Below, piece by piece: positions 26,870 to 35,759 of a stretch of 35,807 nucleotides of DNA. The DNA lies in IMG/VR virus record IMGVR_UViG_3300046778_000250, positions 1 to 35,807 of that record. The stretch is one strand, 5' to 3'. The DNA is from a virus (lineage: Duplodnaviria; Caudoviricetes). Every line of letters begins with the position of its first letter. Position 1 is the first letter of the stretch. The notes under the pieces are model-generated. The model saw only the letters and a list, made by a program, of their open reading frames with translations. It did not search any database and was not told where the DNA came from. The position numbers were made by a program, and so were the translations under genes.

Positions 26870-27307
26870 ATGTTTATCACTTTTGAAGGCAGTCAATCTA
26901 CTAATCAATATTTATCACCGCAGACTAGTCATTTAGAGCTATCGCATCCGAGTTTAAGTGATAAATTAATTCTGGCGGAATGGGATAATCAACCATACGA
27001 GAATTATCAGACGGGACAGACTCGATCGAATGGTCGCAGTCTCTTGGGAGCGATTCGACTCCAGGGGGATAACTGGAAGAAGGGGCAATGGGAAGGTAAT
27101 TTTTTGGTGAAGTCGGCTCAGTCAGTTTTGTTCGAGCAGTTATTACAGGCACAGCAAGATGATACTTTACCTTGCAATTTAATCGATCGCTGGTTTGAGG
27201 GGGTGGTGGTGACTAAGAATGTGTGGATTGATATCGATCGACAGTATTTGAGTTTGGTGGCGGCGAATAGTTGGTTCCGGCTTCAGTTTCAATTGTTGGA
27301 GGTGTAG
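26870..27307 (+). CDS. Putative distal tail protein
   Basis: 145 aa directly after the tape measure gene; positional call. Confidence 0.5.
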   Translation: MFITFEGSQSTNQYLSPQTSHLELSHPSLSDKLILAEWDNQPYENYQTGQTRSNGRSLLGAIRLQGDNWKKGQWEGNFLVKSAQSVLFEQLLQAQQDDTLPCNLIDRWFEGVVVTKNVWIDIDRQYLSLVAANSWFRLQFQLLEV

Positions 27308-27309
27308 CG

Positions 27310-28404
27310 GTGGAGCTTAGGATTGGGGATAGAAATCCGGTAACGGGTTTATATGATGTCATCTGGCCTGACGGTGGGGTGACACAAAATGGGGTGAAGA
27401 TTTTTAATTCTGAGCATCAGTTTGGGGATGTGGTTTTAGCTACCCAGCGAAGTGATGGGATGATGATTTTGGATGGGGTAAAAGCAACGTTGACAGTGGC
27501 TACCGAGCTTGGAATTCTGAAGTTTGGGGAGCAACCTGTGGGGTATCTGAACGGGCAGGTCTGGAACGAAGAAGAAGAGATACTTGGTACTTATGTGAAA
27601 ATCGAAGTCGTTGTTTTCCGGTCGCCGTACGTTGTAACGACGGGAGAGCCACAATCTCTGGGGAATTACCCTGTTTTTGTTGACCCACACTTATTTATTC
27701 CTGGCAGTGGCAGCGTGTTTACTGGCATACCTCCTGGTGCGACCGTGCCCAATATACTCCCCAATCCGTTTGCAGGGTATGACATTTTTGAGCCAGGTGT
27801 AACAACTGAATTCCTTTACCAATCGCTCCCTTACGAATTGGTGCTATACCGATACTATGCTGGGTTCTTTGAGCCGCCTGTTTTTGTAGACATGCTATAT
27901 GCGGACTTCGTAGCGGGGCAACGTCCGTCATGGTGGGTCGCTGACGATTTTCAATCCCAAGGTGGTACCAGTATCGTTAATGAATGGTTCCAAACTATCA
28001 GAACTACTACCGTTGTATCCCCCCCACCAACTGAGTTCGGCGCGATGGCTTTTTATGCGGAAGATGCTAGTGGCAGCTATTGGTCGAACTTACCTAATTT
28101 TCCTGGTAAGGTTTTCCCAATTACATCTGACGGGGTGCATGAGCTGCAACTAGACCCAAGCAAGTTTAGTGGGAATGAAATCATCATTCATTGTGTGCCG
28201 ATTTCGCCGCCGACTTCTGCTACTTTTGGGCTAAGGACTGAAACGATTAAACGCAGGCAACCTTACTCATTTACTGCTAGCTCTCCCACACCTTTAGCGG
28301 CAACATCAAATACACTGACTGAGGAGGTGCTGGGCGGTTCGCCAGCCAACTCTAAAACAGCATTCATTGTTAATTACAACAAGGGGACACGCCAACTTGC
28401 TTAA
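27310..28404 (+). CDS. Tail-tip protein with paralogous N-domain and aromatic/Pro-rich C-terminus
   Basis: In-frame GTG at 27310 just after the upstream stop; N-terminus resembles 28367..28642. Confidence 0.6.
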   Translation: MELRIGDRNPVTGLYDVIWPDGGVTQNGVKIFNSEHQFGDVVLATQRSDGMMILDGVKATLTVATELGILKFGEQPVGYLNGQVWNEEEEILGTYVKIEVVVFRSPYVVTTGEPQSLGNYPVFVDPHLFIPGSGSVFTGIPPGATVPNILPNPFAGYDIFEPGVTTEFLYQSLPYELVLYRYYAGFFEPPVFVDMLYADFVAGQRPSWWVADDFQSQGGTSIVNEWFQTIRTTTVVSPPPTEFGAMAFYAEDASGSYWSNLPNFPGKVFPITSDGVHELQLDPSKFSGNEIIIHCVPISPPTSATFGLRTETIKRRQPYSFTASSPTPLAATSNTLTEEVLGGSPANSKTAFIVNYNKGTRQLA

Positions 28405-28642
28405 TCAAATTCGTTATCGACAGCAATATCGACAAATTCAAGCTCGAATCGAACCTGGCGTGGGTAATATGGCTACTTACGGAGATAGGGATGTGGTGAC
28501 AGGGTATCGGCGTGTTCAGACTGCGGACGGAGGTGAGAGCATGGGGCAATATCTGAGTAATTCGGAGCCAGTCGGGGTGATGCCACTGGCTCGATTTAGT
28601 ACAATTGGATTGACGGGATATATTAGCCAGAAGCCTTATTGA
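28367..28642 (+). CDS. Small tail-tip protein (start uncertain)
   Basis: GDRDVVTG...V...DGG...G....NSE motif shared with the upstream gene. Confidence 0.65.
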   Translation: MLITTRGHANLLNQIRYRQQYRQIQARIEPGVGNMATYGDRDVVTGYRRVQTADGGESMGQYLSNSEPVGVMPLARFSTIGLTGYISQKPY

Positions 28643-30831
28643 TGCTCGATTATACAGTCCCACCATTTCAGTTCTTAGTCGGCGGGTTCGATGCTAGCGA
28701 GTATCTCGACAGTATTAGTCTGTCGGTACCGATGCATGAGCCTGGACAGCCGTTATTGTGGACGGGTCAATTCAAGGTGTCAAACAATCTTAGGGCTGTG
28801 GCTAATGGGCTGACTGAGGCATCGTTTAGTGAGTTTACTAATCCAAGCATCTGGCGACCGTTTCAGGCACCTGTACGGCTGAATATCAAGGGGTATCAAA
28901 GTCCGGTGTTGCGGATTGAGAATTATCGATACAACCGACAGACTAAGAGCGGTGAGGGGATTTTGACGCAGATTCCGGCGGCGGTTGCGGGGGATCGCCC
29001 TGGGGAAAGTGTGGTGTCGGGGACGATTGGGACGGCGATTGATAGTTTGTTGGTTGCGGCGTTTCGAGGGGCGACGGTGCAGCCTGGTAGGGCGGTGGCT
29101 GGGGATGGTGGGATGCTTGATGTGCCGCTGAGTACGCGGGATCCGTGGGGGGATGCGGTGCGATTGGCTGGTTTGAACTGGAATTGGTTGGGGGTCAATG
29201 GTGCGGAGGCGATTTTTAGTGTCAATGGTGCTGGCGGTGGGTTGGTATTTAATCGATCGATCGAGCAGGTAGAATTAGTGCCAGATTTGGCGGCGATTTA
29301 TCAGTCGGCTAGTCGGGTAATTGTGACGGGGGCAAGACAGGTTATCGATCGGGCGAACACGCAGGAGCAGTTACCTAGTGCGCCGCGCCCTAAATTCAAG
29401 ACGACGCGGGAGGAACGCCCATATAGTACGGTATTTCCAACTGTGCAAAGTACTGCACCGATTGTATTTGAAGAAAAAACGATTGTTTATCAGTATTGGG
29501 ATGATGATAGTTTTGCGGATTTACCTAGCCAGACCGCGCTGGTAAGCTTTTTATATGACATCCAAAGCCAGACGCAGACGGGAATTAATCCATATCAACG
29601 ACCGCCAGACTTAAATACACCGCTGCAAACCATGACCATGAAGCGGCAACCGATGGGATATCTGTTTCCCAGTGCGGGGGTGAATACTAGCTTGGTGGTA
29701 GCAGAACTAATTATTGAGTCAGGCTTGCGTAAACTAACGCTAAAACCACGCGGGGTGTTGTTTCCGACCGAAACAGCCAATACGACGCTGGCGATCGAGA
29801 AGCGGGAGACTTTGACTTCAGCAGCGATCCGACCTGGAGCGCAATTAACGCCAGTTAGTACGGACGCAAACGGGCAAGCGCAGGTATATGAGACTAGGCC
29901 AAAATTAGAACCGCCACAGCCGGTTGCTACTCGCCCACTGAAGACTGAGGTGCTGCGCGGTGAGGCTCAATTGAGTCCAATTGGTTGGGTTCCGGTATTG
30001 GCGAGACCGTTGGTGGTGGATTTTGGTTTCCTGCCAGATGCGGCGCGAGCGAGTTTCTTGGCGCAGAAACTCGCGATTCGGGAACAGCGCAGACGAGACC
30101 AGGTGCTGGTAGATATGCCGATTCCTGATGAGTGGCTGGCTAATGGTTGGCCATTATTGGGCCAGGCGGCGATTGGGGGTAGTGTCTATTTGATGGACGG
30201 CTGCGCGTTGTCGATTGCTGATGGAGAGGCGAAGTTTGGCTTTACAGGGGGATTGGTAAGTCGGGGTGCTGTTATTGATGTCGGGGGTGTTCCGACGGTG
30301 GTACAGCAGCCACAGTATCAATTCGAGACTAGCTTAGAAGGCTCGATCGTGCTTGAGCTGGATTTGACTGCTGCTATCGCCGCAGGAATCGAATCGACGA
30401 TTCGATTCGAGTTGGATTTGGCGAGTGGAATTCGGGTGGATCTACAGCCAGAAATTGCTGTTGATGGAGCTGTGTCTGTGGCTGGTGGGTTAATGGTGAT
30501 TTCAGAGATCGTCAATGAGATCGCCACCATCTCCGCTAGTGGACTAGTACTGACTCCAGAAGCTGTAAATCAGGCGGTGGTGTCAGTAGGAGTCGGTGCG
30601 ATGGCTGACGGAGTTGTGAGGCTGGAATCCTCCATCTCTACGGGGGTATTGCAGCGGTTGACGTTTACGGTTAGTCCTGCTTCTGAAGCAGAGGGTTCGA
30701 TTGCTGTGATACCCGTACAGACGCTGACGTTTACAGTTAGTCCTGCATCTGAAATAGAGGGTTCGCCTGCTCCAGTTCCAGTGCAGACTTTGACGTTTGC
30801 GGTTAGTCCAACTACTCAATTAGAAGGCTGA
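28639..30831 (+). CDS. Large tail-tip/hub protein ending in three Calx-beta first-strand repeats
   Basis: 730 aa in the tail module; C-terminal (Q.LTF.VSP....EG)x3. Confidence 0.7.
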   Translation: MMLDYTVPPFQFLVGGFDASEYLDSISLSVPMHEPGQPLLWTGQFKVSNNLRAVANGLTEASFSEFTNPSIWRPFQAPVRLNIKGYQSPVLRIENYRYNRQTKSGEGILTQIPAAVAGDRPGESVVSGTIGTAIDSLLVAAFRGATVQPGRAVAGDGGMLDVPLSTRDPWGDAVRLAGLNWNWLGVNGAEAIFSVNGAGGGLVFNRSIEQVELVPDLAAIYQSASRVIVTGARQVIDRANTQEQLPSAPRPKFKTTREERPYSTVFPTVQSTAPIVFEEKTIVYQYWDDDSFADLPSQTALVSFLYDIQSQTQTGINPYQRPPDLNTPLQTMTMKRQPMGYLFPSAGVNTSLVVAELIIESGLRKLTLKPRGVLFPTETANTTLAIEKRETLTSAAIRPGAQLTPVSTDANGQAQVYETRPKLEPPQPVATRPLKTEVLRGEAQLSPIGWVPVLARPLVVDFGFLPDAARASFLAQKLAIREQRRRDQVLVDMPIPDEWLANGWPLLGQAAIGGSVYLMDGCALSIADGEAKFGFTGGLVSRGAVIDVGGVPTVVQQPQYQFETSLEGSIVLELDLTAAIAAGIESTIRFELDLASGIRVDLQPEIAVDGAVSVAGGLMVISEIVNEIATISASGLVLTPEAVNQAVVSVGVGAMADGVVRLESSISTGVLQRLTFTVSPASEAEGSIAVIPVQTLTFTVSPASEIEGSPAPVPVQTLTFAVSPTTQLEG
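30652..30828 (+). repeat. Three 66-bp-period coding repeats
   Basis: Units start at 30652, 30718 and 30784 (CAG...TGACGTTT.C.GTTAGTCC...GA.GG). Confidence 0.9.
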
Positions 30832-30835
30832 TGAC

Positions 30836-31738
30836 ATGTTTACTTTTACAGTTACTCGAAATGCTGGCGACGATGTTAATTTGCCGATTACTGTTGACTT
30901 TACAGTTGGCGGCACGGCTACTTATCTGACTGACTATACCGTCAGCGGCGCGACTAGTTTCTCGGCGACGATGGGGTCGATTTTGTTGCCAGCGGGTCAG
31001 GCATCGGTATCGTTCACCGCCGCACCTGTACCGGACTCGGTTTTTGAGCCGAATGAAACAATTATCTTGACTCCACAGGCGCAACCGTCGGTGTTTGTAA
31101 CGGGGGCCGGATCGTCATGGACTGCGACGATTACGAATGATGACAGTAGCGTATCATTAGTTGCATCGTTACAGTTTGAGGGTGTTAACAATAGTACCAT
31201 CATGACCGATAGTACTGGTTTAAACACCTGGACTAGCAACAGCAGCGCGGCGATTTCGACAGTTCAGTTTCACGATGGATCGAGTAGTCTGTTATTAGAT
31301 AATGCTGCCAAAACAGTATCCTCACCTTGGTCTGCTAACTTGAGTTTTGTTGGTGATTTTGAGTGGTCTGGCTGGATCTATCCCACATCAACATCTGGCG
31401 CAAATAGAGTAATTTGCGGGACTGCGATGGGAGGCTCCAGCGGCAATGCTGGGCACTTTGTGGCAATAGATAACGGAAATTTGATTTTTCGTCACTGGAT
31501 TAATGGCACCACAAACGCGGTGTGCTCTGGTGTTGTGGCAAATACTTGGCAATCATTCAAAGCTGTGCGCGTTGGGACAGCTTTGACTCTGTACCTTAAT
31601 AACGTACAGGGATCTACTGGAACTGCTGGCGCGACTACGCCTGCTAACCAGTTTACGATTGGTGGTGTGCCGTCAAATGGCGGCTTTGTCTCGAATTTCT
31701 TGGGATACTTAGATAACTTATTACTGAAAAAACTTTAA
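30836..31738 (+). CDS. Receptor-binding/adhesin protein: Calx-beta (lacking first strand) plus LamG/ConA-like domain
   Basis: FTVTR...ITVDFTVGGTAT..TDY...D.VFE.NETI.LT...ATITNDD; then DF..SGWIYP, NTW.....VR.G..LTLYLN, FLGYLDNL. Confidence 0.85.
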   Translation: MFTFTVTRNAGDDVNLPITVDFTVGGTATYLTDYTVSGATSFSATMGSILLPAGQASVSFTAAPVPDSVFEPNETIILTPQAQPSVFVTGAGSSWTATITNDDSSVSLVASLQFEGVNNSTIMTDSTGLNTWTSNSSAAISTVQFHDGSSSLLLDNAAKTVSSPWSANLSFVGDFEWSGWIYPTSTSGANRVICGTAMGGSSGNAGHFVAIDNGNLIFRHWINGTTNAVCSGVVANTWQSFKAVRVGTALTLYLNNVQGSTGTAGATTPANQFTIGGVPSNGGFVSNFLGYLDNLLLKKL

Positions 31739-31741
31739 TGT

Positions 31742-32449
31742 ATGCCTACTACTGCTTTCTCGATCGATTCTTTAATCTCCAACTGCAATGATGCGTTCCC
31801 AAGTACGGGAACATGGGGCTATTTCACGCTACTGAAGGGGGATGTGGCGACTGCTTTGAGTTATACGGCAAATGCGACGACGAATGCACTGACGACGGCG
31901 ACGGCGCATGGGATGGTGACGGGTTCCCGATTGCGGATGGTAGGCGGTACTTTACCATCACCGTTGCTGACGAATACCGATTATTTTGCAATTGTCTCTA
32001 GCCCCACTGTATTGACGTTGGCGACGACATTGGCGAATGCACAGGCGAATACTCCTGTTGACCTCTCTGATGCGGGTAGCGGTGCTCTGACGCTGACTGA
32101 GCAGGTATTGACGGCGGCGGATCCGTTGTCGGTGTTGGTGAACAAGGAAGTGAGTCACCCATCTTGGACGGCGCGAACTATCATCGACAATCTGGGCGCG
32201 GCGGCGAATGTGTTGGGAATGGCGGAGAAACCACTAAAGACGTTTAGTGTGAATAATACGAGTCCGACGGTGGTATTGAGCTATCAGCACTATCTGTTTA
32301 TCGAGTCGGCGGTGGCGGCTGCGGGTGCGTTGGGAAATGTACCTGTTGGGGCGGGGTTTGTGCTGAGTAGTGAGTCAGCGGTCCAGGTAATTAATCCTGG
32401 TGATGCACCACGGGCGGTATTCTTTAAGCTACGGGCTAGGAACGTTTAA
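31742..32449 (+). CDS. Tail-associated structural protein
   Basis: AHGMVTG.R......LP.PL...TDYF......L.LATT..NA module seen in phage structural proteins. Confidence 0.65.
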   Translation: MPTTAFSIDSLISNCNDAFPSTGTWGYFTLLKGDVATALSYTANATTNALTTATAHGMVTGSRLRMVGGTLPSPLLTNTDYFAIVSSPTVLTLATTLANAQANTPVDLSDAGSGALTLTEQVLTAADPLSVLVNKEVSHPSWTARTIIDNLGAAANVLGMAEKPLKTFSVNNTSPTVVLSYQHYLFIESAVAAAGALGNVPVGAGFVLSSESAVQVINPGDAPRAVFFKLRARNV

Positions 32450-32453
32450 GTTA

Positions 32454-32503
32454 GGCGTTTCTTGTGCATGTTAGCGGTTCATGCACAAGAAACGCCATTT
32501 TTT
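32454..32503 (+). terminator. Long hairpin ending the late operon
   Basis: 17-bp perfect inverted repeat GGCGTTTCTTGTGCATG/CATGCACAAGAAACGCC followed by ATTTTTT. Confidence 0.75.
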
Positions 32504-32509
32504 GTGCAT

Positions 32510-32547
32510 AAAAAAGCGATCGATCCTAGTTGGATCGATCGCCTTTT
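32510..32547. terminator. Bidirectional terminator built from CGATCG palindromes
   Basis: AAAAAA-GCGATCGATCC-TAGTT-GGATCGATCGC-CTTTT. Confidence 0.75.
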
Positions 32548-32549
32548 GC

Positions 32550-32813
32550 TTAAGCGACTTCATTTTGGGTGCTGATTTCTGCTAAATATCGTTGATGCCA
32601 TCGCGTATTCCAACCGCGTTCTTGACATAGCTCCAGTAACTGTCTTTCGTCGTTGATATCGTTCTTAGTGACAATCTGGTGAGTATCTTTATTGACGATC
32701 AATCCATTCCAATAGCTAGTAGCAAGATTTGGATAAATGGAGCAACTACGAATGTGCGCAAATTCACTGGATGGCAGAAGAGGTACTTGAGTGAGTTCGT
32801 CTTGAGCGATCAA
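32550..32813 (-). CDS. Hypothetical protein (start uncertain)
   Basis: 87-aa ORF between two terminators. Confidence 0.45.
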   Translation of the reverse strand: MIAQDELTQVPLLPSSEFAHIRSCSIYPNLATSYWNGLIVNKDTHQIVTKNDINDERQLLELCQERGWNTRWHQRYLAEISTQNEVA

Positions 32814-32851
32814 CAGCCTGAAATCACTTGTTTCTAGGTATTTTGGAAAAT

Positions 32852-32882
32852 AAAAAAGCTACCTAATCTAGGTAGCTTTTTT
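32852..32882. terminator. Bidirectional intrinsic terminator
   Basis: AAAAAAGCTACCTA-ATC-TAGGTAGCTTTTTT. Confidence 0.8.
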
Positions 32883-32894
32883 GCGGGTATTTGG

Positions 32895-33137
32895 TCATTT
32901 GGCTTCTCCAGTGATGTGCTTCATGATGATATCAAATTTAGCATCCAGTGAATCGAGTCGTTGATTCACTTCATCGAACCTCTGATTCACTTGAGCAAAC
33001 TGGTCATCAATTCGATTAAATGCGCTGTTGAGTTCTCGCCATGTCACTTGGGTATCTTCAAGCCTACTAATTCTGCGGTCGAAGGCTCTCAATGTCCGAT
33101 CTAACGTTCTATCTTCTGGTTCTTGTGATTGAGTCAT
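32895..33137 (-). CDS. Small coiled-coil protein co-transcribed with the repressor candidate
   Basis: Heptads FNRIDDQ-FAQVNQR-FDEVNQR-LDSLDAK. Confidence 0.75.
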   Translation of the reverse strand: MTQSQEPEDRTLDRTLRAFDRRISRLEDTQVTWRELNSAFNRIDDQFAQVNQRFDEVNQRLDSLDAKFDIIMKHITGEAK

Positions 33138-33140
33138 ATT

Positions 33141-33395
33141 CTAAATTGCGATCGCTTCCTTTACTACCGATCCTCCATCACTGGACTCATCAGCAGAAAT
33201 GAGCGAATAGAAATACATTTTTGCCTGTGGAGGGAATTCTGAAACTAGCTTTTGCATGGTTTTGATTCTTAGATCCCTGTTGCCATGTCGAAAATCAGAA
33301 ATCGTACTTGGCGCGATCCCTGATTTATGGGCTATTTCTGACGGTTTGAGTTCAAACAACTTGATCGTCAAATTGAAGGCTGTTGCTGCATCCAT
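33141..33395 (-). CDS. XRE-family HTH regulator (repressor candidate)
   Basis: EIAHKSGIAPSTISDFRHGNRD. Confidence 0.85.
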   Translation of the reverse strand: MDAATAFNLTIKLFELKPSEIAHKSGIAPSTISDFRHGNRDLRIKTMQKLVSEFPPQAKMYFYSLISADESSDGGSVVKEAIAI

Positions 33396-33436
33396 AGAGA
33401 ATTTACGGACTTAAGGTAACTAACCTCAATCATAGC

Positions 33437-33514
33437 CAACTCTTTACTAAAGCGTAAAGAGTTGCGATCGCTAACTTTGTCAGTTAACCTGAATAAAGTT
33501 TACTAATACGTAAA
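33437..33514. promoter_or_regulatory. Operators TTTAC-N6-GTAAA in the divergent switch
   Basis: 33443-33458 (inside an 11-bp inverted repeat, 33437-33464) and 33499-33514. Confidence 0.8.
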
Positions 33515-33515
33515 T

Positions 33516-33755
33516 ATGAGTATCGAGGAATTTATAAACACACCAGCAACACAATTAAAGGAGCTAACAGACATCAGCGAGGCTCAGTGGAGCCATTACT
33601 TCAACGGTACGCGCTCTCCTTCGCTTAGAACCATTAGCAGCATTGCTGAAGCACTAGGGATGTCGCCTGGAGACATGACCGAGGCAATACTGCGAAGAAT
33701 GCAGCTTCACCCTATGTATCGCACTTTCTCACAGCGATATCCCCATGCGGCTTAG
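33516..33755 (+). CDS. XRE-family HTH regulator (Cro-like)
   Basis: LKELTDISEAQWSHYFNGTRSPSLRTISSIAEALGM; divergent from the other HTH gene. Confidence 0.85.
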   Translation: MSIEEFINTPATQLKELTDISEAQWSHYFNGTRSPSLRTISSIAEALGMSPGDMTEAILRRMQLHPMYRTFSQRYPHAA

Positions 33756-33786
33756 ACGCAGAAATCAATAAAACCCAACAACGCTA

Positions 33787-33844
33787 TTGACAAAAAGTTT
33801 ACGATTAAGTAAACTTGGGCAAGGGTTTACGATTAAGTAAACTT
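33787..33844 (+). promoter_or_regulatory. Sigma70-type early promoter overlapped by two identical operators
   Basis: TTGACA(33787)-N17-TAAACT(33810); GTTTACGATTAAGTAAACTT at 33797 and 33825. Confidence 0.85.
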
Positions 33845-33988
33845 TGTCTTATCCACTGCACCTAGAAAACCAAATAGCTAGCCTCCGCAATGCGCGTTGA
33901 TCGGCAAAGGCAAATCACCACTCGGTGGTCTACAGCTCAAGTACACGGCTGTACCCATCACATAACCATCACATAAAACGAGGTTTCA

Positions 33989-34321
33989 TTGACAAACGAA
34001 TTACCAGAACGACTACTCACAGTTATCGAAAATCTAAGCCAAGAGGTTCAGGAGTTGAAACAAGTTGTGAGGTACTTAACCAAAGAGGTTTGTCCTTGGC
34101 ACGACTACATCCAAACACCAGAAGAACTAGCCAGACGAAAAGCTAACGATGAATCGCTCAATCTGGCTTGTCAGGAATATCTGAACCGAGCTAAAGCGAA
34201 AAATCCAAATTTAACTCAGGAGGAAGAAAGCGAACTCATTGGCGACTTCTATATGGGTCTGATGAAAGAATTTGGCGACGAAGCTGAAATCGAAGAACTT
34301 GCAAAAAAACTACTTACCTAA
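33989..34321 (+). CDS. Hypothetical early protein
   Basis: GAGG ribosome-binding site before TTG; helical, acidic. Confidence 0.65.
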   Translation: MTNELPERLLTVIENLSQEVQELKQVVRYLTKEVCPWHDYIQTPEELARRKANDESLNLACQEYLNRAKAKNPNLTQEEESELIGDFYMGLMKEFGDEAEIEELAKKLLT

Positions 34322-34332
34322 AAAAACCAATC

Positions 34333-35028
34333 ATGTCTCAACTTACTTACAAAGAACATCAGATTGACCAGCGAGACGACAACTATGTCAACCTCACCCA
34401 GATGGCAAAAGCAAATAAAGTTCGGCTGAATAACTACTTTTTGTCACCAGAAACCAAAAAGTACCTGAAAGCCGCAGAGGAGAGCCAAAGACTAGATTCT
34501 AGTCAATGCCCACAAACCGCAGCAGAGAGCCAAAGACCCGAATCGGGTCAATGGGACTTGGTGCAGGTTGTAAGCACTAATCGAAGCAAATCGACTTGGG
34601 GACATCCACTAGTTGCGCTGCATTTCGGACAGTGGGTTAGCCCAGAATTTCATGTCTGGTGCAACCGAAACATTCACACATTGATGACAACGGGTAGCGT
34701 CAGCATCGATACCCACATCACACCAGCATCCAAACCATCACTACCATGGGCAAGCGTCGATCCCATCCCTGGTGAAATCGCCCCAATGACCGAACGGGCA
34801 CTCTGTAACCGATTAGTGCGGGAATACGTATTCAATCAATCGAGTGCCCAACCACTGAATGAGCAAGACACCTGGCGGTGGATGTACCGAGAGCTAAAGT
34901 ATCGCCACAAATACGATATCAATGCTCGACACGACGAAACCAAGTACAAAACCAAGCTCGCCCAAATTGAAGCTGACGGGTATCTACCGCAACTTCTCGC
35001 CATCTGCAATTACTTTCTCTCGAACTAA
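34333..35028 (+). CDS. KilA-N domain DNA-binding protein
   Basis: YVNLTQMAKA, TWGHP.VALHFGQWVSPEF.VW. Confidence 0.9.
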   Translation: MSQLTYKEHQIDQRDDNYVNLTQMAKANKVRLNNYFLSPETKKYLKAAEESQRLDSSQCPQTAAESQRPESGQWDLVQVVSTNRSKSTWGHPLVALHFGQWVSPEFHVWCNRNIHTLMTTGSVSIDTHITPASKPSLPWASVDPIPGEIAPMTERALCNRLVREYVFNQSSAQPLNEQDTWRWMYRELKYRHKYDINARHDETKYKTKLAQIEADGYLPQLLAICNYFLSN

Positions 35029-35085
35029 TTAACTATCGATCGAACTATTCACCATTCACCATCCACCATTCACTATCCCCTAACC

Positions 35086-35373
35086 ATGATGTACCTCAAC
35101 TTCTCCGCTCTCGAAACTGCCTTACTGCCTTACTTCCTATTCATCGTCTACGCTGCAATCCTCCTCTGGGTGCGCTCCGTCCGTGCAACCGATGAAATCT
35201 CCCCAGCAGCCGAACAGACTGATTTCGTCATCAGCGTCCCCAACCCCACCCCTGCTGACTCGTTGGCGGGTGAATTTGAACGGGAATTGGTGAATCGGGT
35301 AGTGGTACCAGTAGCTCGGAAACGGCGTTCAGTGTCGGACTTGATTGTCGGGGAATTTCAACGGGACGAATAA
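35086..35373 (+). CDS. Small membrane protein
   Basis: N-terminal hydrophobic segment LLPYFLFIVYAAILLWV. Confidence 0.55.
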   Translation: MMYLNFSALETALLPYFLFIVYAAILLWVRSVRATDEISPAAEQTDFVISVPNPTPADSLAGEFERELVNRVVVPVARKRRSVSDLIVGEFQRDE

Positions 35374-35426
35374 CTATCAGGATTCACCATCTACCATCCA
35401 TTGCCCACAATCTTTCCATTGAATCA

Positions 35427-35759
35427 ATGCTAATCAAAATCACCGAACCGACTCACACCGTATTTTTCCAAGTTGAAGATATCATCCGCGTCGTTCCAGT
35501 CTTTCTGTTTCGCGAAGTTGATTACTACCGCCTTGACCTCAAAGGCGGATTCCACATCAAACTATCTAACCGGCAGCTCGATCGCCTTATCCCCTTCCTT
35601 GGCTACATTGACCTCAGTATTGAGCTAGACGAACCACAGGAGTTAACCATCCCACCAGACGAGGAATTCGAGCAAACCATCAGCGAACTGTTGGATATGG
35701 CAATTAAATCGCCAAGCCCCTGTCCGAACTCCGACCCCTGGTTAGTCATCACCAAATAA
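35427..35759 (+). CDS. Hypothetical protein
   Basis: 110-aa ORF in the early operon. Confidence 0.55.
   Translation: MLIKITEPTHTVFFQVEDIIRVVPVFLFREVDYYRLDLKGGFHIKLSNRQLDRLIPFLGYIDLSIELDEPQELTIPPDEEFEQTISELLDMAIKSPSPCPNSDPWLVITK

Noticed and set aside
30652-30828. DGR template/variable repeat or CRISPR array
   Set aside because: No reverse transcriptase or cas gene in the window; repeats are in-frame coding units and differences are not adenine-specific
33797-33844. Mini-CRISPR array
   Set aside because: 20-bp repeats with only an 8-nt spacer, overlapping a promoter and matching the operator consensus
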